A stretch of DNA of 64,000 nt from an uncultured Candidatus Binatia bacterium (lineage in GTDB: Bacteria > Desulfobacterota > Binatia > HRBIN30): NCBI GenBank assembly GCA_964498075.1, contig CAZCGA010000013.1, positions 8,665 to 72,664 on the forward strand, written 5' to 3'. Under the pieces are notes generated by a model. That model saw only the letters and a program-made list of their open reading frames with translations. It was not told the origin of the DNA and made no database searches. Positions 28,396 through 38,635 of this stretch are shown here, one piece after another (the first letter of the stretch is position 1; every line of letters begins with the position of its first letter). A program made the position numbers and the translations under genes.

Positions 28396-29473
28396 CGTTT
28401 TCGTCCTTGGCGGAGGACCGGCCGGCTGCGCGACCGCCGTGTCGCTGGCCCGCGCCGGCCACTCGGTCGTGGTCGTCGAACGTGGTGCATACGACGACGT
28501 ACGCCTCGGCGAAACACTTCCGCCGGCAGCCCAACCGTTGCTCAGCACGCTTGGCGTGTGGGACCAGTTTCTCGACGACGGACACGCCGCGTCACCCGGC
28601 ATCCAATCCGTATGGGGACGAGCGCAACGCTCCCACAACGACTTCATATTCAACCCGTACGGCACCGGGTGGCACATCGACCGCCGGCGCTTCGATGCGA
28701 TGCTGGCCCACGCCGCCGAGGACGCGGGCGCGACCGTGCTGCGCGAGGCGTGTGTGGTGGCGTCGGCGGCTGACGCGAACGGCGACTGGGAGATCGGCGT
28801 GATCCGCGGCGACGTGCGGCGTCGCTGGCGCACGAAGTTCCTCATCGACGCAACCGGCCGCGCCTCGACGATCGCCCGCAAGCGCGGCGGACGGAGGCGC
28901 TCCTGCGATCATCTGATCGGGGCCGTCGGATTTCTGCCTGCAGGCTCGCCTCACCGCACGCCGAATCAGTGCACGTTGGTCGAAGCTGTCGAGGAGGGTT
29001 GGTGGTATTCGGCGTTCCTGCCCGACACGCGCTGCGTGGTCGCCTACATGACGGACGCGGACCTCTACGCACGCGGCGTGCTGCGCTCTGATTGCTTCTG
29101 GCAGGAGCAGCTGGACAAGGCGAGGTTCACGCGGGCACGTGTGCCGGCGGTGCGGCTCGAGTCGCCCCCGATCGTCGTTGCGGCAAACAGCTTCCGAACG
29201 GACCCGCCATCCGGACGCAACTGGCTGGCCGTTGGCGACGCGGCGGTGGCATTCGATCCGCTGTCCTCACAAGGTATCTCGAAAGCGCTGCAGTCGGGCC
29301 TCGAAGGCGCCCGCGCCGCAGCCGGCCACCTGAGCGGTGACGACACGCTGCTGCACGACTACTCCGCGCGGATCAGCGGCGGGTTCGAGCGCTACCTGCA
29401 GGTCCGCCGAGCCTACTACGGCAAGGAGGGCCGATGGCGGCGGTCCGCCTTCTGGTGGCGGCGCCGGGGCTAG
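28370..29473 (+). CDS. FAD-dependent oxidoreductase (halogenase/LodB/geranylgeranyl-reductase-like)
   Basis: 'DVFVLGGGPAGCATAVSLARAGHSVVVVER' dinucleotide fold and 'GDAAVAFDPLSSQGISKAL'. Confidence 0.75.
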   Translation: MRIVTEDVDVFVLGGGPAGCATAVSLARAGHSVVVVERGAYDDVRLGETLPPAAQPLLSTLGVWDQFLDDGHAASPGIQSVWGRAQRSHNDFIFNPYGTGWHIDRRRFDAMLAHAAEDAGATVLREACVVASAADANGDWEIGVIRGDVRRRWRTKFLIDATGRASTIARKRGGRRRSCDHLIGAVGFLPAGSPHRTPNQCTLVEAVEEGWWYSAFLPDTRCVVAYMTDADLYARGVLRSDCFWQEQLDKARFTRARVPAVRLESPPIVVAANSFRTDPPSGRNWLAVGDAAVAFDPLSSQGISKALQSGLEGARAAAGHLSGDDTLLHDYSARISGGFERYLQVRRAYYGKEGRWRRSAFWWRRRG

Positions 29474-29513
29474 GCCTCGGATACCCTAGCCCCGTCTGCT
29501 ACAGCGTCACTGC

Positions 29514-31451
29514 ATGCCTCCGGTACGTTCCAGCCCATTCGGCTCGTGGAAGTCGCCGATCACCGCCGACCTGATCGTCTCGGCCACAATCGGTCTCGGG
29601 CAGATCGCGCTCGACGGCGACGATGTGTACTGGATCGAGACGCGGCCGCAGGAAGGTGGACGGAACGTCGTCGTGCGGTGCACCTCGGACGGACAGCGCA
29701 GCGATGTGACGCCCGCACCGCTGAGCGCACGCACTCGGGTGCACGAGTACGGCGGCGGTGACTTTGTCGTCAGCGACGGGTCGGTCTACTTTTCGAACTT
29801 CGCCGATCAACGCCTGTATCGCCAATCCTTCGGAGCACCGCCGCAACCGATCACCCCGGAGTCGAGCTGCCGCTACGCCGACGCCGTCGTCGACGCGCGT
29901 CGAAGGCGCCTCATCTGCGTGCGGGAAGATCACACGAGCGGCGCGCATGAGCCGACCAACACGCTGGTCGGCGTCGACCTGCAAGACGGTCGCGGCTGCA
30001 ACGTACTGGTCTCCGGACACGACTTCTACGCAGCGCCGCGTTTCAGCCCGGACGGGTCGCGGCTCGCGTGGCTTGCATGGAACCACCCGAACATGCCGTG
30101 GGACGGAACGGAGCTCTGGGTCGCCGAGCTGAATGCCGACGGCTCGCTCAGTCGGACGCAATGCGTCGCCGGCGGCGTGGCGGAATCGATCTTCCAGCCG
30201 GAGTGGTCGCCCGACGGCGTGCTGCACTTCGTCTCGGACCGCACGGGTTGGTGGAATCTCTACAGCTGGCGCGATGGAGGTGTCGAAGCGCTCTGCGAGA
30301 TGACGGCGGAGTTTGGGCGCGCCCAGTGGGTGTTCGGCATGTCGGCGTACGGCTTCGAGTCGGCGCACGTCATCATCTGCTCGTACACACAGAATGGGAG
30401 GTGGTTCCTGGCGCGGCTCGATACTGCGACCCGGAAGCTCGAGCGGATCGACACCCCGTTCTCGGAGATCGCCCAGCTGCGCGTGGCCGCGGGTGGTGCG
30501 GTGATGCACGCCGGCTCGCCCTCTGAGCCGCCGGCCATCGTGCGCTTGGACCTCGCGACCCGTCGGATCACCACACTGCGGCGCCCCAGCGAGACGCCGC
30601 TCGATCCGGGATACATCTCGACTCCCGAACCGATCGAGTTCCCCACCGAGCACGGGCGTACGGCGCACGCGTTCCTCTATCCGCCCTGCAATCACGATTG
30701 CACGGGTGCGGCAGGGACGCTGCCGCCACTGCTGGTCAAAGGCCACGGTGGGCCGACCGCAGCAGCGTCGAGCGTCCTCGATCTGAAGACGCAGTATTGG
30801 ACCAGCCGAGGGTTTGCCGTGGTCGACGTGAACTATGGCGGCAGCACCGGATATGGACGAGCCTATCGCCGCCGTCTCGACGGGCAGTGGGGTGTCGTCG
30901 ACGTCGACGATTGCGTCAACGCGGCGCGCTACCTGGTGGAGCGGGGTCGCGTCGATGCGAGTCGCTTGGCGATCAGTGGGCGCAGCGCCGGCGGCTACAC
31001 GACATTGTGCTGCCTCACCTTCCGGACCGCGTTCAAGGCCGGCGCCAGCTACTACGGCATCGGCGATCTCGAAGCGTTGGCCCGCGACACCCACAAGTTC
31101 GAAGCGCATTACACGGACCGGCTCATTGGACCCTATCCGGAGCGCCGTGATCTGTATCGGGAGCGTTCGCCGATCCACTTCACCGAGCGGCTGTCGTGCC
31201 CGGTCATCTTCTTCCAGGGATTGGACGACAGCGTCGTTCCGCCGAGCCAGGCCGAAGCGATGGTCGCGGCCCTGCGCGCCAAGCAGCTGCCGGTTGCGTA
31301 CGTGAGGTTTCCCGGCGAGCAGCACGGCTTCCGGCGCGCCGAGAACATCAAGCGCGCACTCGAAGCCGAGCTCTACTTCTACTCCCGCGTCTTCGGTTTC
31401 CTGCTCGCAGACCCCGTAGAGCCAGTGGCGATCGAGAACATCGGCGGCTGA
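29514..31451 (+). CDS. S9 family serine peptidase (prolyl oligopeptidase/acylaminoacyl-peptidase-like)
   Basis: N-terminal beta-propeller ('[13 protein letters not shown]', '[13 protein letters not shown]'). Catalytic '[12 protein letters not shown]', 'QGLDDSVVP' and 'GEQHGF'. Confidence 0.9.
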   Translation: MPPVRSSPFGSWKSPITADLIVSATIGLGQIALDGDDVYWIETRPQEGGRNVVVRCTSDGQRSDVTPAPLSARTRVHEYGGGDFVVSDGSVYFSNFADQRLYRQSFGAPPQPITPESSCRYADAVVDARRRRLICVREDHTSGAHEPTNTLVGVDLQDGRGCNVLVSGHDFYAAPRFSPDGSRLAWLAWNHPNMPWDGTELWVAELNADGSLSRTQCVAGGVAESIFQPEWSPDGVLHFVSDRTGWWNLYSWRDGGVEALCEMTAEFGRAQWVFGMSAYGFESAHVIICSYTQNGRWFLARLDTATRKLERIDTPFSEIAQLRVAAGGAVMHAGSPSEPPAIVRLDLATRRITTLRRPSETPLDPGYISTPEPIEFPTEHGRTAHAFLYPPCNHDCTGAAGTLPPLLVKGHGGPTAAASSVLDLKTQYWTSRGFAVVDVNYGGSTGYGRAYRRRLDGQWGVVDVDDCVNAARYLVERGRVDASRLAISGRSAGGYTTLCCLTFRTAFKAGASYYGIGDLEALARDTHKFEAHYTDRLIGPYPERRDLYRERSPIHFTERLSCPVIFFQGLDDSVVPPSQAEAMVAALRAKQLPVAYVRFPGEQHGFRRAENIKRALEAELYFYSRVFGFLLADPVEPVAIENIGG

Positions 31452-31560
31452 TGGGGCCTCCTCCCTAGCCCTCCTCCGCTCACGGAGATGTTCGTAGAGG
31501 AGGGGACCACATCGCGTTGGCGGGGTTGAGCCGGCGGGACGACTGGCGTGGAACGAGCGG

Positions 31561-31596
31561 CTCACCAGTGGTGGATTACATACTGTGGCGGCGCGG
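31561..31596. repeat. Left copy of 36-bp perfect direct repeat (island boundary)
   Basis: 'ctcaccagtggtggattacatactgtggcggcgcgg' is identical to 39813-39848. On the minus strand it encodes '...APPQYVIHHW*', the C-terminus of the DinB-family gene. Confidence 0.9.
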
Positions 31597-31646
31597 CGTC
31601 CCCCTTGCACCTGTCTGCCGGATCGTGACAATGCAATGCTGACTTG

Positions 31647-34600
31647 ATGCAGCCGCATGTAAATCCAAGCCTGCCACCGCCGTTCCACGAGCTCGGCGAG
31701 TATCCGTTCCAAGAGTTGTGTTGCGACCTCTTTGCGGAAGAAGAATCGGTCGCGAGCTGCGAAATATTCGGCACTCGGGGACAGATGCAGCGAGGAATTG
31801 ATTTGTTCGCTCCTCGGCGCGACGGCGACGGAAGCGAGGTGGCGCAATGCAAATGTTATCGAGGCCTTTCAGTTTCAAGAATCCCTGCGGCTTCTGACAA
31901 GTTCTTCGAGCACCTGGAATATTGGCGAGCTTGCAAAGTGAAACGGTTCGTCCTGATCGCGGCTTGCCCACTCGACCGAACCGAACACCATGAAGCGATC
32001 CAGGATCAGAAGGCGCGATTCGCTCAGCATGGAATTGCGTATGAGGCGTGGTCGGCGAGGACGCTGCGCCAGAAACTGGCGCCACACCGTGCGATTGCAG
32101 AGCGGTACATTTCATCTCGAGATCTGGTCAACAGCATTTGCGGCCGGAGTGCGGGAGACGTTGTCGAGCTGCCGTCAGGGGGCGCGCACCTTGCCCGTGC
32201 GCTGGACGCGGCCGGGTCGCAGATCGCGCAGCTTTCGTCGGCGCTTTCCCGAGAGAAGTCTGCACGGCTCGAAGAGGCGCGAACACTGATCAGACGCGGC
32301 CAGAGAAGCAGCGCGTACGCCTTGGTCCGCGCGATCCGCGACGATCCAACTTGGAGCACCCTAGAGAAGCCTCTCCAAGCGAGAGTCCTTCGCGTCCTCG
32401 CCGGCTGTGTTCTCGATGTTGATGGCGATGCAGCAAGAGTGCAGACGCTAGCCGACGAGGCGCAAGCCCTAGACCCTACGGCAGACGACTCCGTCATACG
32501 CGCGGCAATCCGGTATCACGAGAACGGTCCAAGAGCAGCACTCGCCGGCCTTCCCTCGGCCGACAACATCGACACGTTGAACTACCGGCTCGGGCTCTTG
32601 CTCGAACTCGGAGAGACCGAGCAGTTCCTGGCAATCCTGGCTAACGGACCCGACACGATCGAGGTGAACGCCGAAACGCTCCGCATACAAGCGCTGGCGT
32701 CGGTCACCACGAGAGATCTTGCCGGAGCTCGAAGGCTTGTCGACCGGGCACTGGCTCAGGAACCGGAATGGGAAAGCGTGCGAGTGGCTGCGGGCGTTGT
32801 CGAGTACTACTCGGCTTTGTCCGCGGCCGCCTTACCCGAGCAGCTCCCTCCCGTTCCCGGCCCCGTTCCGTGGGAATTCATTAAGCGGGATGACGAAAGC
32901 CGCGAGTATCTCCGAAGCGCAGAGAATCGGTTCCATCTCCTGTCAACAAGCCCTGAGCGCCCGCCGGAGTGGCGCCGCGTATTCTCCCTCTGGAGATTCG
33001 CCTGCTTGGCGAACGATCCGAATAGACAACCCGAAGCATCGGAACTCTGTCGCTCTCTTCTATCCGACGAACCTGGCGATCCGAGGGTTCTCATGTGGGC
33101 CTTGGCCCGCGGGTACGATGTCGATATTGCCGCGAGCCGGACGTTCGTCGAGGCGAGCTTGTCTGAGGCACCCGATGCGCCTGATGCTGCTTCACTTCTC
33201 GTGGCAATGTGCCTTTCGCAGGGTAAATCGGCTGAGGCGCTGGAGCTTCTGGACCGCACGAAGGACGTTTTCGTGCAGGCCGGGCTCCTGGAGCGATGGC
33301 TATTCTGGCGGGTTCAGGTGTTGTCGGCGCGTGGCGCTGTAGCGGAGGCGTTGCAGGTCGCGGATTCTTGCAAAGATGCGGCCGCTCGTCGCCAACTCCG
33401 CCAGCTCGCTCTGCAGGGAAAGTTCGAGCAGGACGGCCAATGGCAGGAGCTGTTGCAGCATCTCGAGTCTTCATTTGAAGAGACTGGCGACCCACGTCTG
33501 CTGTACGACGCTTGCAACCTCAAGGCTCGTCTTGAGGACTGGCCATATGTTGCGGATCGAGCGAACAGATTGCTCGAGTTGATCGGGACGCCGGCTGCCG
33601 TCCACCTCGCAGCTGGTAGTCTCTGGAACGCAAAGCGGTTCACGGCGTGCTTGAAGCTGCTAGACAACGGATCGCGAGTCTTCCCCGGCGGTTCCCTCCC
33701 GCGAGAGCTTCGCCGCCTCCGAATCTACTGCATGCAAGAGGTCGGGCTCGTTTCCAAGGCGGTCGTTGAGGCTGAGCACCTGAGTCATGAGGAACAGAAT
33801 ACTGACAATCTGCTCGCATTGATCCAGTCGCTAGTTCTCACCGGAGACCTCAAGCGAGTTGCGGTGTCGGCCCGGTCTCTATCGGCTCAAGATGACGTTC
33901 CAGCGCGGGATCTGTTACGCGTGGGGCGGCTGCTGGTGTCGGAGGATGTCAACCTGGGTCGCCAGCTCTGGCGCCGAGCCGTTCAGCTCGATCTCTCGGA
34001 CCCGACCACACTCACCGCGGCCGTCGATCTCGCCTATCGGCTCGGGCTCGAGGAAGAGGTGCGTCCCCTGCTGGAACGGATGCACGCGCTTGCGGCCGAG
34101 GGTTCTCCCGCCGTACGGAGAGTGGGGTTCGCCGAATTGATCTCGATGTCGCGCGCTTGGGCGGAGCAGCTGCCCGCAGTTGAAACCACATACCGATCAG
34201 GCCAGGTCCCCGTCCACGTTCTCGCCCAATTGCTGAAAGTGCCGCTCGTGAATCTAATTCCAGGAACCGGTAGGCGGAATCGAATTAGTCCCGATCCACG
34301 GCACCAATTACCTATGCTGATTCGCCACGGAAACCGGGGTGCGGGAGAGACATCCATCCTGGGAGATAACACGCGTCGGCTGCACATCGACATTACGGGC
34401 ATGCTGGCCGCGCACGACCTCGGAATACTTGACGCCGTCGAGCGCTGCTTCAAGGCTCTATGGATTTCACCCTCGGCCATGCCCGCCTTGGTCGTCCAGC
34501 TGGCCACCTTGGTTCCCCAGCAGCCCGTGCATCTTTCCGGTCAAAAGCATGTTCTCGAGCTGCTGGAGCGTCAAGGACTCTGCGCGACAGAGGCTCCTAC

Positions 34601-37600
34601 TGCGCCGCCTCGCGGAGATCCCCATCTCGTCCGCCGAATGGGAATCGAATGGATCGGCGTGCTGGAGAGAGCGGCGGCGCAAAACGGCTACCTCGTAGAG
34701 CACCTTCCGCTGACCAGCAACGACGACACGCGTTCCCTCGTCACGCTGAGCGAACGCGATGCCGCACGCATAGTCAACTGCCGAACTCTGGTCGACGCTC
34801 TCCGGCGCGATGGCGTTCTGTCGTCCGACGCACACAGCAAGGCCATCGACCGACTCGGCAACGAGGGCATTCAACGTTCCGATACAGTGCCCCCGGAGCG
34901 GGGATCGATTGTATATCTGGTCGCAAGTACGGCGGGCGTTTTGGCCGATTCGAATCTCCTGGACCTGATCTGTGATCACTTCGAGGTCTACGTAGACCGA
35001 CGATACGTGGAACAAATCCGTTCCGAGCTCGCCGGTGTCGATGCGGCGGGAGTCCTACGCGGTTGGCTCCAAACCCTGGTCGACAGAGTTCGAAACGGAT
35101 TGATGAGCGGCGTCTACCAAACCACGCAGGTCGATGACGAAGCACCAAAGCTACAAGCGGCGGAGAGGGGGGGCGTCAGCCTCGACGTTCGAGCACTGGG
35201 TGACCTCCTTGCATTCGCAGTTCAATCGGGTGACGCCATCTGGGTTGACGATCGCTATGTTACCTCGTTCTCGAATCGCGACGGAGCGCCCGTCGTGGGG
35301 ATACTGGAGGTGCTTCAAGAACTCCGTTCGCGCTGCGCGATTGACGAGCCTCAGTACTACGAGAAGCTGCTGCAACTCCGCGCGTCCAACGCGCGATACG
35401 TCGCTCTGACGCCTGAGGAGCTCCTCTACTACCTCAAGGACGCTCCAATCACCGAGGGTCGCCTGGTCGAGACCAACGCGCTGTCCACGCTGCGCCGGTA
35501 TGTTGCCGCCTGTCTTCTTGATCGCGCCCCCTTGCAACGTGGACCCGCACCGCAAGGCCGGGCCTCGCCATATGGCGAACTCAATTTCGTGTTCCAGACA
35601 TTGACCGCAGTGACCCTGACGCTCTGTCGCTGCTTCGGAGAAGCTCCATCCATCGAGAGCGCTCAAGCGTGGGCCGATTGGCTGTTGTACAACGTGTATA
35701 CCGGTACCTTCGGCGTGCGGGAGCTACTGGTTGCTGACATCAGTGGCGACGGCCTTGACTTCATCGGCCGGGACCTCGCAGTTGCAATCTGGGGTATGCT
35801 GACCGTCTTGGCTGACTCCGGCGCAGGCGCGACCGATGAGACGCGAAGTCGCTACATGCACTGGATCGAGGAACGCATTCTCCGCAGACGTTTCAAGGCG
35901 GACCCGGCCGTGATTCTGCCGACGTACCTCGCGTTGAAGGCAGTCGTGATCGACAAATTGAACGCCTACCCCGAGAGTACGCCTGAGGGCGCAGTCTACC
36001 GAATCGCGTTGCAGCGGATGTTCTTGGAAGCCCCGCCGGCGGTTCGAGACGAAGTCAAACGCGATCCCGAGCTGTTTCCTCGCATCGGGCTGGCCGTCAC
36101 TTGGACGATTCAGGTCGGACCCGTAACCTTTAGCGCGCCGGAGTTCTTTCGTGCAGCGGCGGATGCGATCAATGGGCGCGAAGCCGTGGTGTGTGCCCAG
36201 GGCGCGACATCGTCATTCACGGTGAGGAAGGCTTCCAGGCAAGGGGACGAGCGCCTCGCCATCGAAGTAGTCGAGCAACAAGGAAGCACGCAGTTGCGCG
36301 CATCCGACCCCATATTCCGCCTCTTGCAAGACTCGCCTGCCGAACGAGAGGCGGTGCTCCGCGAGAACCGAAACTGGTTCGATTGTGAGGCATCGCGGTG
36401 CGAAGCCGCGATCAATGAGATCATGAGCACGGCCGATCCGGCATTACGCATCGAACGGTTAGAGAGACGGCGGGCTTCTTCGGCGGCGTGCTACTACGAG
36501 CGCATCGCTGAGGAACTTGAGCATTCAAGAAGCTTCGACATCAACGACCTCTTGCCGCCGTCGGCCAGTGATCTGCTCAGCCACTTTAGGCTCGATATTT
36601 CAGAAGCAGGCAACGACCGGAGTTTCAAGGCGATGTTGTCCGAGGCTTCTGAGCAGTTGATCGCGGAGGAGGGGATCAAGGAAGCTCTCGGTCGTGTAGC
36701 ATCCTTCCCCGTTCCCACTCCAGCCCCACTTCTGCGGGAGCTAAAGAACCTGACAAGTTCCGCGCGCAACCAGATTATCGAGGCGCTGGAGAGGCAATGT
36801 CATTCACCTATAGGGCTCTTGCACGTGATTGAGCTCGCGGTGCCACTTTTGAGTGATGACGAGATACCACGCCAAATCGCGATTCGCGCCATGGATGCGC
36901 TATTCGACGAGCCCGCGGCCACAAGAGAATTCGAATTGTTTCACGCAATCCTAGAGAGGGTACACACGGAGCTGTCGAGCTGGGTGGACGTCAGCACGTG
37001 GCCGGCCTCGGTCAAGCTTGCCGTTGCTTGGGCCCACAGCCACAAGCTGCACGCCATATTCTCCAGCACCCTCGCGGATGCAGACAAGCTCGCGGAATGG
37101 ATCGAACAGGCAGGATCGCAGATGGGCAGCGAATCGCTGGGCCGACAACCGGAAACGTGGAACGACGCACTCCATCCCAGATTGCTTCGCCGAGAGGACA
37201 TTCTTACGCACGGTCTTGCGTCGGTGTTGCAGGGCAGCAGCGCAGAAACAATCGAGTCGCTGCGGATTCCGGAGCGAATCCGCTCAATCATTTTCGGCGG
37301 CCCGCTTGGGGCTCAGTTGCCGGGCGGGCCGCTATTGAGAGATCCAGCGTTGACGAGAAATTGCGCCGGCTCGATCTTCGGCGGTGACCGGGCCACTGTG
37401 TTGCGTGCGGTCGTCGGTGCCGAAGTGTCGGAGTCGGTCTCGTCTGCGTCTCTTCATGGCGTGGTTAGTCGCGCCCTCGACGTCCTCAAGTATGACGTCG
37501 CTTCTCAATATGCCTGGGTGGTTGTCACCTCCATTGTTTGTGATCTTCCCATCCACGAGGACTTGCGGGAAGAGCTGAGAGCTATCCTCTTCGCGGTGGA

Positions 37601-38033
37601 TCTAGAGGCACTGTGGTCGCGAGATGCGTTCTCGGGCTATCTCGCTATCCGTTTCGCTGCAGGGCAGGTAGCGCACATCGACGACTGTGCACTTCGCGCC
37701 AGCGTGGAAGAGGCTCTCGTCAAGATCGCGCACCATCTCGATGGGCTCGGGAAACGGCAGAATCAACTCAGCGCCCCTGTGAGCATCGAGGACCACGCCA
37801 TCAACCTGATTGACGCGGCATTGCGTATTGCCCACTACCCTGGCGAGGAACAGAAGACGAGCACCCGGTCGGCGCAACTGCTCATCAAGCTTCTCAATGC
37901 CTCATCCGCCGTCTCGGAATCAGTGAGGAGTACCGCGCCCCGACTCGTTTGGGAACTCCCCGCCAGACAGCTCCACGGGATGTGGCAAGTAGAGCTGGAG
38001 TTGCGGGCAAGGGCGGGTGGACAGGCCGTCTAG
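31647..38033 (+). CDS. Giant 2,128-aa multidomain protein: N-terminal Mrr-like PD-(D/E)xK nuclease signature, TPR-like repeats, PIN-like central region, long helical C-terminus
   Basis: Uninterrupted 6.4-kb ORF; I prefer the ATG at 31647 over the TTG at 31644. 'PFQELCCDLF...GIDLFAPRRDGDGSEVAQCKCY' gives an E...D...QxK pattern. Helical hairpin repeats span roughly aa 200-820. 'RRLHIDITGMLAA' and 'GDAIWVDDRY' are PIN-like acidic strands. There is no GxxxxGK[ST]. Confidence 0.7.
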   Translation: MQPHVNPSLPPPFHELGEYPFQELCCDLFAEEESVASCEIFGTRGQMQRGIDLFAPRRDGDGSEVAQCKCYRGLSVSRIPAASDKFFEHLEYWRACKVKRFVLIAACPLDRTEHHEAIQDQKARFAQHGIAYEAWSARTLRQKLAPHRAIAERYISSRDLVNSICGRSAGDVVELPSGGAHLARALDAAGSQIAQLSSALSREKSARLEEARTLIRRGQRSSAYALVRAIRDDPTWSTLEKPLQARVLRVLAGCVLDVDGDAARVQTLADEAQALDPTADDSVIRAAIRYHENGPRAALAGLPSADNIDTLNYRLGLLLELGETEQFLAILANGPDTIEVNAETLRIQALASVTTRDLAGARRLVDRALAQEPEWESVRVAAGVVEYYSALSAAALPEQLPPVPGPVPWEFIKRDDESREYLRSAENRFHLLSTSPERPPEWRRVFSLWRFACLANDPNRQPEASELCRSLLSDEPGDPRVLMWALARGYDVDIAASRTFVEASLSEAPDAPDAASLLVAMCLSQGKSAEALELLDRTKDVFVQAGLLERWLFWRVQVLSARGAVAEALQVADSCKDAAARRQLRQLALQGKFEQDGQWQELLQHLESSFEETGDPRLLYDACNLKARLEDWPYVADRANRLLELIGTPAAVHLAAGSLWNAKRFTACLKLLDNGSRVFPGGSLPRELRRLRIYCMQEVGLVSKAVVEAEHLSHEEQNTDNLLALIQSLVLTGDLKRVAVSARSLSAQDDVPARDLLRVGRLLVSEDVNLGRQLWRRAVQLDLSDPTTLTAAVDLAYRLGLEEEVRPLLERMHALAAEGSPAVRRVGFAELISMSRAWAEQLPAVETTYRSGQVPVHVLAQLLKVPLVNLIPGTGRRNRISPDPRHQLPMLIRHGNRGAGETSILGDNTRRLHIDITGMLAAHDLGILDAVERCFKALWISPSAMPALVVQLATLVPQQPVHLSGQKHVLELLERQGLCATEAPTAPPRGDPHLVRRMGIEWIGVLERAAAQNGYLVEHLPLTSNDDTRSLVTLSERDAARIVNCRTLVDALRRDGVLSSDAHSKAIDRLGNEGIQRSDTVPPERGSIVYLVASTAGVLADSNLLDLICDHFEVYVDRRYVEQIRSELAGVDAAGVLRGWLQTLVDRVRNGLMSGVYQTTQVDDEAPKLQAAERGGVSLDVRALGDLLAFAVQSGDAIWVDDRYVTSFSNRDGAPVVGILEVLQELRSRCAIDEPQYYEKLLQLRASNARYVALTPEELLYYLKDAPITEGRLVETNALSTLRRYVAACLLDRAPLQRGPAPQGRASPYGELNFVFQTLTAVTLTLCRCFGEAPSIESAQAWADWLLYNVYTGTFGVRELLVADISGDGLDFIGRDLAVAIWGMLTVLADSGAGATDETRSRYMHWIEERILRRRFKADPAVILPTYLALKAVVIDKLNAYPESTPEGAVYRIALQRMFLEAPPAVRDEVKRDPELFPRIGLAVTWTIQVGPVTFSAPEFFRAAADAINGREAVVCAQGATSSFTVRKASRQGDERLAIEVVEQQGSTQLRASDPIFRLLQDSPAEREAVLRENRNWFDCEASRCEAAINEIMSTADPALRIERLERRRASSAACYYERIAEELEHSRSFDINDLLPPSASDLLSHFRLDISEAGNDRSFKAMLSEASEQLIAEEGIKEALGRVASFPVPTPAPLLRELKNLTSSARNQIIEALERQCHSPIGLLHVIELAVPLLSDDEIPRQIAIRAMDALFDEPAATREFELFHAILERVHTELSSWVDVSTWPASVKLAVAWAHSHKLHAIFSSTLADADKLAEWIEQAGSQMGSESLGRQPETWNDALHPRLLRREDILTHGLASVLQGSSAETIESLRIPERIRSIIFGGPLGAQLPGGPLLRDPALTRNCAGSIFGGDRATVLRAVVGAEVSESVSSASLHGVVSRALDVLKYDVASQYAWVVVTSIVCDLPIHEDLREELRAILFAVDLEALWSRDAFSGYLAIRFAAGQVAHIDDCALRASVEEALVKIAHHLDGLGKRQNQLSAPVSIEDHAINLIDAALRIAHYPGEEQKTSTRSAQLLIKLLNASSAVSESVRSTAPRLVWELPARQLHGMWQVELELRARAGGQAV

Positions 38034-38392
38034 CGGCCCTCTCGGCGTTGCTATCCATGGCCTCGACAGAGTACTGGATCGGCTACGCAGACTGGCTCGA
38101 CTTCTCCTGTTCGTTGCTGGGCGATCGTCGCGCAGATCGAGAGGCCTGCCCGCACCCCGTGGTTGCGGGTCCTTGAAGCAGACTCGACGCGCCGGGGCGT
38201 TCTCCGCTTCACCACGAGCTTGCGACGCGGGCGCAAGGTCCTGACGGTCAAGTCTGGAAAGTAGAACTTCAAGCGTGAGCATTCGAGCTGTCGGCAGCGT
38301 TGTGGAATGGTGGACTTCCGCTTCATTCGACCGCGTCGACCCGAAGGGTGAGTCGTCAGCTTTCGGCGATCGGCGCCGGATCACACGGCTCG

Positions 38393-38480
38393 ATGCACAT
38401 AGGCTGTCAGCACTCAGCTGTCAGCCATCAGCTCGAAGCGGTTCACGTCCGCAGATGCTCAGAGGATTGCCGGGCGAATT
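38393..38480. repeat. ~85-bp dispersed repeat, copy 1
   Basis: 'atgcacataggctgtcagcactcagctgtcagccatcagctcgaagcggttcacgt...' aligns with 39536-39618. The core of ~55 bp is ~90 % identical apart from a 6-nt indel, and similarity is weaker beyond it. Confidence 0.75.
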
Positions 38481-38635
38481 CCTATGGATGACGGCTGGAC
38501 GCTGAGAACTCACCGCGGTGATGTCACCGTCACCGGGCTGACCCGCACGACCCGCACCCCCACGCTTGCCTTCAATCATGGGCGCCAAATGGAATGCGAC
38601 TTTCGAGGCCTCATCCAGGAGCCGGAAGATCAGCT

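Noticed and set aside
31452-31643. Search for a tRNA gene or integrase remnant at the left island junction. I also searched 38034-38392 and 39619-39812.
   Set aside because: I found no T-arm-like 'ggttcga(a/g)tcc' or cloverleaf, and no frame with recombinase-like motifs (R..H..R..Y or a serine-recombinase N-terminus). A possible methyltransferase-like scrap ('LKADGWFSVLGA', minus strand ~39640-39680) is too short to call.
29499-31847. 782-aa ORF on the minus strand.
   Set aside because: It lies antisense to the S9 peptidase gene, which has a clear propeller plus the GxSxGG catalytic domain. It is Arg/Ala/Gly-rich with no motifs, which is typical of high-GC shadow ORFs. Its N-terminus merely crosses the 36-bp repeat.
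33212-33232. 'SQGKS', a possible Walker A/P-loop in the giant protein that would make it a STAND/Avs-type NTPase.
   Set aside because: The context is 'AMCLSQGKSAEAL'. There is no Gly or Ala at the required -5 position and no flanking beta-strand pattern, and the motif sits inside a TPR-like helix. No other GxxxxGK[ST] occurs in the ORF.
38149-38169. The hairpin 'cccgcacc-ccgt-ggttgcggg' ~115 nt after the giant ORF, as an intrinsic terminator.
   Set aside because: The stem is bulged, only 'tcctt' follows it, and the distance from the stop is large. This is too weak to annotate.
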